A DNA stretch of 64,000 nucleotides. It comes from Eledone cirrhosa. Taxonomy: Eukaryota. Made by a program: the position numbers and the translations under genes. Positions 54,401 to 64,000 of the stretch are shown here, one piece after another; the first letter of the stretch is position 1; each line of letters begins with the position of its first letter. The stretch lies in contig OZ024740.1 in NCBI GenBank assembly GCA_964016885.1, positions 50,654,001 through 50,718,000 on the forward strand. Direction: 5' to 3'. Under the pieces are notes generated by a model, which was not told the origin of the DNA, searched no databases, and saw only the letters and a program-made list of their open reading frames with translations.

Positions 54401-57400
54401 GGTGTCATTACAAAAAGCACCCAGTCCACACTGCAAAGTGGTCTTGTAGATGTCATTACAAAAAGTACCCAGTCCACACTGCAAAGTGGTCTTGTAGGTG
54501 TCATTACAAAAAGCACCCAGTCCACACTGTAAAGTGGTCTTGTAGGTGTCATTACAAAAAGCACCCAGTCCAAACTGTAAAGTGGTTTTGTAGGTGTCAT
54601 TACAAAAAGCACCTAGTCCACACTGTAAAGTGATCTTGTAGGTGTCATTACAAAAAGCACCTAGTCCACACTGTAAAGTGATCTTGTAGGTGTCATTACA
54701 AAAAGCACCTAGTCCACATAGTAAAGTGATCTTGTATGTGTCATTACAAAAAGCACCTAGTCCACACTATAAAGTGATCTTGTAGGTGTCATTACAAAAA
54801 GCACCTAGTTCACATTGTAAAGTGATCTTGTAGGTGTCATTACAAAAAGCACCTACTCCACACTGTAAAGTGATCTTGTAGGTGTCATTACAAAAAGCAC
54901 CCAGTCCACACTGTAAAGTGGTCTTGTAGGTGTCATTACAAAAAGCACCCAGTCCACACTGCAAAGTGGTCTTGTAGATGTCATTACAAAAAGCACCCAG
55001 TCCACACTGCAAAGTGGTCTTGTAGGTGTCATTACAAAAAGCACCCAGTCCACACTGTAAAGTGGTCTTGTAGGTGTCATTACAAAAAGCACCCAGTCCA
55101 AAATGTAAAGTGGTTTTGTAGGTGTCATTACAAAAAGCACCTAGTCCACACTGTAAAGTGATCTTGTAGGTGTCATTACAAAAAGCACCTAGTCCACACT
55201 GTAAAGTGATCTTGTAGGTGTCATTACAAAAAGCACCTAGTCCACATAGTAAAGTGATCTTGTATGTGTCATTACAAAAAGCACCTAGTCCACACTGTAA
55301 AGTGATCTTGTAGGTGTCATTACAAAAAGCACCTAGTTCACATTGTAAAGTGATCTTGTAGGTGTCATTACAAAAAGCACCTACTCCACACTGTAAAGTG
55401 ATCTTGTAGGTGTCATTACAAAAAGCACCCAGTCCACACTGTAAAGTGGTCTTGTAGGTGTCATTACAAAAAGCACCCAGTCCACACTGCAAAGTGGTCT
55501 TGTAGATGTCATTACAAAAAGCACCCAGTCCAATCTGTAAAGTGGTCTTGTAGGTGTCATTACAAAAAGCACCCAGTCCAAACTGTAAAGTGGTCGTGTA
55601 GGTGTCATTACAAAAAGCACCTAGTCCACACTGTAAAGTGATCTTGTAGGTGTCATTATATAAACACCTAGTCCACACTGTAAAGTGATCTTGTAGGTGT
55701 CATTACAAAAAGCACCTAGTCCACACTGTAAAGTGATCTTGTAGGTGTCATTACAAAAAGCACCCAGTCCACACTGTAAAGTGGTCTTGTAGGTGTCATT
55801 ACAAAAAGCACCTGTAAAGTGATCTTCTAGGTGTCATTACAAAAAGCACCTAGTCCACACTGTAAAGTGGTCTTGTAGGTGTCATTACAAAAAGCACCCA
55901 GTCAAAACTGTAAAGTGGTCGTGTAGGTGTCATTACAAAAAGCATCTAGTCCACATTGTAAAGTGATCTTGTAGGTGTCATTACAAAAAGCACCTAGTCC
56001 AAACTGTAAAGTGGTCTTGTAGATGTCATTACAAAAAGCACCCAGTCCACACTGTAAAGTGGTCTTGTAGGTGTCATTACAAAAAGCACCCAGTCAAAAC
56101 TGTAAAGTGGTCGTGTAGGTGTCATTACAAAAAGCATCTAGTCCACATTGTTAAGTGATCTTGTAGGTGTCATTACAAAAAGCACCTAGTCCAAACTGTA
56201 AAGTGGTCTTGTAGATGTCATTACAAAAAGCACCCAGTCCAAACTGTAAAGTGGTCGTGTAGGTGTCATTACAAAAAGCACCTAGTCCACACTGTAAAGT
56301 GATCTTGTAGGTGTCATTATAAAAAGCATCTAGTTCACATTGTAAAGTGATCTTGTAGGTGTCATTACAAAAAGCACCTAGTCCAAACTGTAAAGTGGTC
56401 TTGTAGATGTCATTACAAAAAGCACCGAGTCCACACTGTAAAGTGGTCTTGTAGGTGTCATTACAAAAAGCACACAGTCCACACTCTAAAGTGGTCTTGT
56501 AGGTGTCATTACAAAAAGCACCCAGTCCACACCGTAAAGTGGTCTTGTAGGTGTCATTACAAAAAGCACCCAGTCCAATCTGTAAAGTGGTCTTGTAGGT
56601 GTCATTACAAAAAGCACCCAGTCCAAACTGTAAAGTGGTCGTGTAGGTGTCATTACAAAAAGCACCTAGTCCACACTGTAAAGTGATCTTGTAGGTGTCA
56701 TTATATAAAAACCTAGTCCACACTGTAAAGTGATCTTGTAGGTGTCATTACAAAAAGCACCTAGTCCACATTGTAAAGTGATCTTGTAGGTGTCATTACA
56801 AAAAGCACCAAGTCCACACTGTTAAGTGGTCTTGTAGGTGTCATTACAAAAAGCATCTAGTCCACACTGTAAAGTGGTCTTGTAGATATCATTACAAAAA
56901 GCACCCAGTCCAAACTGTAAAGTGATCTTGTAGGTGTCATTACAAAAAGCACCCAGTCCACACTGTAAAGTGGTCTTGTAGGTGTCATTACAAAAAGTAC
57001 CTAGTCCACACTGTAAAGTGATCTTGTAGGTGTCATTACAAAAAGCACCCAATCCACATTGTAAAGTGGTCTTCTAAGTGTCATTACAAAAAGCACCCAG
57101 TCCACAATGTAAAGTGGTCTTGTAGGTGTCATTACAAAAAGCACCCAGTCCACACTGTAAAGTGGTCTTGTAAGTGTCATTACAAAAAGCACCTAGTCCA
57201 CACTGTAAAGTGGTATTGTAGATGTCACTACAAAAAGCACCCAGTCCAAACTGTAAAGTGGTCGTTAAGGTGTGATTACAAAAAGCATCTAGTCCACATT
57301 GTAAAGTGAAATTGTAGGTGTCATTACAAAAAGAACCTAGTCCAAACTGTAAAGTGGTCTTGTAGACGTCATTACAAAAAGCACCCAGTCCACACTGTAA

Positions 57401-60400
57401 AGTGGTCTTGTAGGTGTCATTACAAAAAGCACCCAGTCCACACTCTAAAGTGGTCTTGTAGGTGTCATTACAAAAAGCACCCAGTCCACACTCTAAAGTG
57501 GTCTTGTAGGTGTCATTACAAAAAGCACCTAGTCCTCACTGTAAAGTGATCTTGTAGGTGTCATTACAAAAAGCACCTAGTCCACATTGTAAACTGATCT
57601 TGTAGGTGTCATTAAAAAAAGCACCCAGTCCACACTGTAAAGTGGTCTCGTAGGTGTCATTACAAAAAGCACCTAGTCCACACTGTAAAGTGGTCTTGTA
57701 GATGTCATTACAAAAAGCACCCAGTCCACACTGTAAAGTGGTCTTGTAGGTATCATTACAAAAAACACCCAGTCCACACTGTAAAGTGGTCTTGTAGGTG
57801 TCATTACAAAAAGCACCCAGTCCAAACTGTTAAGTGGTCTTGTAGGTGTCATTAAAAAAAGCACCTAGTCCACACTGTAAAGTGATCTTGTAGGTGTCAT
57901 TACAAAAAGCACCTAGTCCACATAGTAAAGTGATCTTGTATGTGTCATTACAAAAAGCACCTAGTCCACACTGTAAAGTGATCTTGTAGGTGTCATTACA
58001 AAAAGCACCTAGTTCACACTATAAAGTGATCTTGTAGGTGTCATTACAAAAAGCACCTAGTCCACATTGTAAAGTGATCTTGTAGGTGTCATTACAAAAA
58101 GCACCTACTCCACACGGTAAAGTGATCTTGTAGGTGTCATTACAAAAAGCACCCAGTCCACACTGTAAAGTGGTCTTGTAGGTGTCATTACAAAAAGCAC
58201 CCAGTCCACACTGCAAAGTGGTCTTGTAGATGTCATTACAAAAAGCACCCAGTCCACACTGCAAAGTGGTCTTGTAGGTGTCATTACAAAAAGCACCCAG
58301 TCCACACTGTAAAGTGGTCTTGTAGGTGTCATTACAAAAAGCACCCAGTCCAAACTGTAAAGTGGTTTTGTAGGTGTCATTACAAAAAGCACCTAGTCCA
58401 CACTGTAAAGTGATCTTGTAGGTGTCATTACAAAAAGCACCTAGTCCAAACTGTAAAGTGATCTTGTAGGTGTCATTACAAAAAGCACCTAGTCCACATA
58501 GTAAAGTGATCTTGTATGTGTCATTACAAAAAGCACCTAGTCCACACTGTAAAGTGATCTTGTAGGTGTCATTACAAAAAGCACCTAGTTCACATTGTAA
58601 AGTGATCTTGTAGGTGTCATTACAAAAAGCACCTACTCCACACTGTAAAGTGATCTTGTAGATGTCATTACAAAAAGCACCCAGTCCACACTGTAAAGTG
58701 GTCTTGTAGGTGTCATTACAAAAAGCACCCAGTCCACACTGCAAAGTGGTCTTGTAGATGTCATTACAAAAAGCACCCAGTCCAATCTGTAAAGTGGTCT
58801 TGTAGGTGTCATTACAAAAAGCACCCAGTCCAAACTGTAAAGTGGTCGTGTAGGTGTCATTACAAAAAGCACCTAGTCCACACTGTAAAGTGATCTTGTT
58901 GGTGTCATTATATAAACACCTAGTCCACACTGTAAAGTGATCTTGTAGGTGTCATTACAAAAAGCACCTAGTCCACACTGTAAAGTGATCTTGTAGGTGT
59001 CATTACAAAAAGCACCCAGTCCACACTGTAAAGTGGTCTTGTAGGTGTCATTACAAAAAGCACCTGTAAAGTGATCTTCTAGGTGTCATTACAAAAAGCA
59101 CCTAGTCCACACTGTAAAGTGGTCTTGTAGGTGTCATTACAAAAAGCACCCAGTCAAAACTGTAAAGTGGTCGTGTAGGTGTCATTACAAAAAGCATCTA
59201 GTCCACATTGTAAAGTAATCTTGTAGGTGTCATTACAAAAAGCACCTAGTCCAAACTGTAAAGTGGTCTTGTAGATGTCATTACAAAAAGCACCCAGTCC
59301 ACACTGTAAAGTGGTCTTGTAGGTGTCATTACAAAAAGCACCCAGTCAAAACTGTAAAGTGGTCGTGTAGGTGTCATTACAAAAAGCATCTAGTCCACAT
59401 TGTTAAGTGATCTTGTAGGTGTCATTACAAAAAGCACCTAGTCCAAACTGTAAAGTGGTCTTGTAGATGTCATTACAAAAAGCACCCAGTCCAAACTGTA
59501 AAGTGGTCGTGTAGGTGTCATTACAAAAAGCATCTAGTCCACATTGTTAAGTGATCTTGTAGGTGTCATTACAAAAAGCACCTAGTCCAAACTGTAAAGT
59601 GGTCTTGTAGATGTCATTACAAAAAGCACCCAGTCCAAACTGTAAAGTGTTCGTGTAGGTGTCATTACAAAAAGCACCTAGTCCACACTGTAAAGTGATC
59701 TTGTAGGTGTCATTATAAAAAGCATCTAGTTCACATTGTAAAGTGATCATGTAGGTGTCATTACAAAAAGCACCTAGTCCAAACTGTAAAGTGGTCTTGT
59801 AGATGTCATTACAAAAAGCACCCAGTCCACACTGTAAAGTGGTCTTGTAGGTGTCATTACAAAAAGCACACAGTCCACACTCTAAAGTGGTCTTGTAGGT
59901 GTCATTACAAAAAGCACCCAGTCCACACCGTAAAGTGGTCTTGTAGGTGTCATTACAAAAAGCACCCAGTCCAATCTGTAAAGTGGTCGTGTAGGTGTCA
60001 TTACAAAAAGCACCTAGTCCACACTGTAAAGTGATCTTGTAGGTGTCATTATATAAACACCTAGTCCACACTGTAAAGTGATCTTGTAGGTGTCATTACA
60101 AAAAGCACCTAGTCCACATTGTAAAGTGATCTTGTAGGTGTCATTACAAAAAGCACCAAGTCCACACTGTTAAGTGGTCTTGTAGGTCTCATTACAAAAA
60201 GCATCTAGTCCACACTGTAAAGTGGTCTTGTAGATATCATTACAAAAAGCACCCAGTCCAAACTGTAAAGTGATCTTGTAGGTGTCATTACAAAAAGCAC
60301 CCAGTCCACACTGTAAAGTGGTCTTGTAGGTGTCATTACAAAAAGCACCTAGTCCACACTGTAAAGTGATCTTGTAGGTGTCATTACAAAAAGCACCCAA

Positions 60401-61050
60401 TCCACATTGTAAAGTGGTCTTCTAAGTGTCATTACAAAAAGCACCCAGTCCACAATGTAAAGTGGTCTTGTAGGTGTCATTACAAAAAGCACCCAGTCCA
60501 CACTGTAAAGTGGTCTTGTAAGTGTCATTACAAAAAGCACCTAGTCCACACTGTAAAGTGGTATTGTAGATGTCACTACAAAAAGCACCCAGTCCAAACT
60601 GTAAAGTGGTCGTTAAGGTGTGATTACAAAAAGCATCTAGTCCACATTGTAAAGTGAAATTGTAGGTGTCATTACAAAAAGAACCTAGTCCAAACTGTAA
60701 AGTGGTCTTGTAGACGTCATTACAAAAAGCACCCAGTCCACACTGTAAAGTGGTCTTGTAGGTGTCATTACAAAAAGCACCCAGTCCACACTCTAAAGTG
60801 GTCTTGTAGGTGTCATTACAAAAAGCACCCAGTCCACACTCTAAAGTGGTCTTGTAGGTGTCATTACAAAAAGCACCTAGTCCTCACTGTAAAGTGATCT
60901 TGTAGGTGTCATTACAAAAAGCACCTAGTCCACATTGTAAACTGATCTTGTAGGTGTCATTAAAAAAAGCACCCAGTCCACACTGTAAAGTGGTCTCGTA
61001 GGTGTCATTACAAAAAGCACCTAGTCCACACTGTAAAGTGGTCTTGTAGA
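39420..61050. repeat. 10,524-bp (220-monomer) super-HOR in two near-identical copies, each 3348+3828+3348 bp
   Basis: The gtcgttaagg landmark is at 39561, 42909, 46737, 50085, 53433, 57261, 60609 and 63093. ORF-track pairs are offset by 10524 (43184/53708, 47495/58019, 49023/59547). Confidence 0.92.
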
Positions 61051-63092
61051 TGTCATTACGAAAAGCACCCAGTCCACACTGTAAAGTGGTCTTGTAGGTA
61101 TCATTACAAAAAACACCCAGTCCACACTGTAAAGTGGTCTTGTAGGTGTCATTACAAAAAGCACCCAGTCCACACTGTAAAGTGGTCTTGTAGGTGTCAT
61201 TACAAAAAGCACCCAGTCCACACTGCAAAGTGGTCTTGTAGATGTCATTACAAAAAGCACCCAGTCCAATCTGTAAAGTGGTCTTGTAGGTGTCATTACA
61301 AAAAGCACCCAGTCCAAACTGTAAAGTGGTCGTGTAGGTGTCATTACAAAAAGCACCTAGTCCACACTGTAAAGTGATCTTGTTGGTGTCATTATATAAA
61401 CACCTAGTCCACACTGTAAAGTGATCTTGTAGGTGTCATTACAAAAAGCACCTAGTCCACACTGTAAAGTGATCTTGTAGGTGTCATTACAAAAAGCACC
61501 CAGTCCACACTGTAAAGTGGTCTTGTAGGTGTCATTACAAAAAGCACCTGTAAAGTGATCTTCTAGGTGTCATTACAAAAAGCACCTAGTCCACACTGTA
61601 AAGTGGTCTTGTAGGTGTCATTACAAAAAGCACCCAGTCAAAACTGTAAAGTGGTCGTGTAGGTGTCATTACAAAAAGCATCTAGTCCACATTGTAAAGT
61701 AATCTTGTAGGTGTCATTACAAAAAGCACCTAGTCCAAACTGTAAAGTGGTCTTGTAGATGTCATTACAAAAAGCACCCAGTCCACACTGTAAAGTGGTC
61801 TTGTAGGTGTCATTACAAAAAGCACCCAGTCAAAACTGTAAAGTGGTCGTGTAGGTGTCATTACAAAAAGCATCTAGTCCACATTGTTAAGTGATCTTGT
61901 AGGTGTCATTACAAAAAGCACCTAGTCCAAACTGTAAAGTGGTCTTGTAGATGTCATTACAAAAAGCACCCAGTCCAAACTGTAAAGTGGTCGTGTAGGT
62001 GTCATTACAAAAAGCATCTAGTCCACATTGTTAAGTGATCTTGTAGGTGTCATTACAAAAAGCACCTAGTCCAAACTGTAAAGTGGTCTTGTAGATGTCA
62101 TTACAAAAAGCACCCAGTCCAAACTGTAAAGTGGTCGTGTAGGTGTCATTACAAAAAGCACCTAGTCCACACTGTAAAGTGATCTTGTAGGTGTCATTAT
62201 AAAAAGCATCTAGTTCACATTGTAAAGTGATCATGTAGGTGTCATTACAAAAAGCACCTAGTCCAAACTGTAAAGTGGTCTTGTAGATGTCATTACAAAA
62301 AGCACCCAGTCCACACTGTAAAGTGGTCTTGTAGGTGTCATTACAAAAAGCACACAGTCCACACTCTAAAGTGGTCTTGTAGGTGTCATTACAAAAAGCA
62401 CCCAGTCCACACCGTAAAGTGGTCTTGTAGGTGTCATTACAAAAAGCACCCAGTCCAATCTGTAAAGTGGTCGTGTAGGTGTCATTACAAAAAGCACCTA
62501 GTCCACACTGTAAAGTGATCTTGTAGGTGTCATTATATAAACACCTAGTCCACACTGTAAAGTGATCTTGTAGGTGTCATTACAAAAAGCACCTAGTCCA
62601 CATTGTAAAGTGATCTTGTAGGTGTCATTACAAAAAGCACCAAGTCCACACTGTTAAGTGGTCTTGTAGGTCTCATTACAAAAAGCATCTAGTCCACACT
62701 GTAAAGTGGTCTTGTAGATATCATTACAAAAAGCACCCAGTCCAAACTGTAAAGTGATCTTGTAGGTGTCATTACAAAAAGCACCCAGTCCACACTGTAA
62801 AGTGGTCTTGTAGGTGTCATTACAAAAAGCACCTAGTCCACACTGTAAAGTGATCTTGTAGGTGTCATTACAAAAAGCACCCAATCCACATTGTAAAGTG
62901 GTCTTCTAAGTGTCATTACAAAAAGCACCCAGTCCACAATGTAAAGTGGTCTTGTAGGTGTCATTACAAAAAGCACCCAGTCCACACTGTAAAGTGGTCT
63001 TGTAAGTGTCTTTACAAAAAGCACCTAGTCCACACTGTAAAGTGGTATTGTAGATGTCACTACAAAAAGCACCCAGTCCAAACTGTAAAGTG
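60609..63092. repeat. 2484-bp (52-monomer) chimeric, shortened HOR unit
   Basis: Landmark spacing 60609 to 63093. The left part carries the 3828-type marker ttacGaaaa (61060) and the right part carries 3348-type markers (ttgtTggtg 61384, gtAatc, gatcAtg). Confidence 0.85.
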
Positions 63093-64000
63093 GTCGTTAA
63101 GGTGTGATTACAAAAAGCATCTAGTCCACATTGTAAAGTGAAATTGTAGGTGTCATTACAAAAAGAACCTAGTCCAAACTGTAAAGTGGTCTTGTAGACG
63201 TCATTACAAAAAGCACCCAGTCCACACTGTAAAGTGGTCTTGTAGGTGTCATTACAAAAAGCACCCAGTCCACACTCTAAAGTGGTCTTGTAGGTGTCAT
63301 TACAAAAAGCACCCAGTCCACACTCTAAAGTGGTCTTGTAGGTGTCATTACAAAAAGCACCTAGTCCTCACTGTAAAGTGATCTTGTAGGTGTCATTACA
63401 AAAAGCACCTAGTCCACATTGTAAACTGATCTTGTAGGTGTCATTAAAAAAAGCACCCAGTCCACACTGTAAAGTGGTCTCGTAGGTGTCATTACAAAAA
63501 GCACCTAGTCCACACTGTAAAGTGGTCTTGTAGATGTCATTACGAAAAGCACCCAGTCCACACTGTAAAGTGGTCTTGTAGGTATCATTACAAAAAACAC
63601 CCAGTCCACACTGTAAAGTGGTCTTGTAGGTGTCATTACAAAAAGCACCCAGTCCAAACTGTAAAGTGGTCTTGTAGGTGTCATTAAAAAAAGCACCTAG
63701 TCCACACTGTAAAGTGATCTTGTAGGTGTCATTACAAAAAGCACCTAGTCCACACTGTAAAGTGATCTTGTAGGTGTCATTACAAAAAGCACCTAGTCCA
63801 CATAGTAAAGTGATCTTGTATGTGTCATTACAAAAAGCACCTAGTCCACACTGTAAAGTGATCTTGTAGGTGTCATTACAAAAAGCACCTAGTTCACACT
63901 ATAAAGTGATCTTGTAGGTGTCATTACAAAAAGCACCTAGTCCACATTGTAAAGTGATCTTGTAGGTGTCATTACAAAAAGCACCTACTCCACACGGTAA

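Larger units (their letters stand above)
1..64000. repeat. 48-bp tandem satellite array, ~1,335-1,340 head-to-tail monomers, open at both window ends
   Basis: Monomers start at 10, 58, 106, 154 and onward. 58-105 = gtgtcattacaaaaagcacccagtccacactgtaaagtggtcttgtag and 298-345 = gtgtcattacaaaaagcacctagtccacactgtaaagtgatcttgtag. The same unit continues to 64000 with no inversion or foreign insertion seen. Confidence 0.99.

Noticed and set aside
1949-63696. All ORF-track ORFs as real CDS (CGLGAFCNDTYKTTLQ, VLFVMTPTRPLYSVDW and KKHPVHTVKWSCRCHY repeats)
   Set aside because: They are translations of a 48-bp unit in overlapping frames. Starts and stops are created by satellite SNVs, and there are no unique domains or gene context.
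1-64000. CRISPR array
   Set aside because: There are no unique spacers, since the whole 48 bp is conserved. No leader or cas genes are present.
1-64000. Whole array as a rolling-circle or sequencing concatemer artefact
   Set aside because: Variants are reproducibly ordered in nested, region-specific HORs and homopolymer errors are nearly absent. An artefact would give either a single period or random noise.
1-64000. Embedded transposon, inversion or unique island
   Set aside because: None seen on reading through. Landmark spacings are all accounted for by whole monomers plus the known -10, -1 and +1 indels.

Overview
The whole 64-kb window is one uninterrupted, single-orientation tandem array of a 48-bp monomer (consensus GTGTCATTACAAAAAGCACCYAGTCCACACTGTAAAGTGRTCTTGTAG, about 40-44% GC, no CpG in the consensus), roughly 1,335-1,340 copies, running off both ends. 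I see no unique sequence, genes, RNA genes, transposons or CRISPR spacers. All listed ORFs arise because the monomer length is a multiple of 3, and they are broken by recurrent stops and frameshifts. The information lies in the variant pattern. Diagnostic SNVs and a few indel monomers (38, 47 and 49 bp) reveal nested higher-order repeats (HORs): 96, 144, 192, 576, 711, 912, 1285, 1632, 1716, 1824, 2484/2485, 2628, 2868, 3348, 3828, 5748 and 10,524 bp. These are built from three monomer-block families (here called alpha, beta and gamma), with mappable unequal-crossover junctions and region-specific variants. This looks like eukaryotic-type satellite DNA (centromeric, pericentromeric or subtelomeric; inference only). 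I do not recognise the family and cannot assign an organism or function. I found no evidence for a protein-based system.
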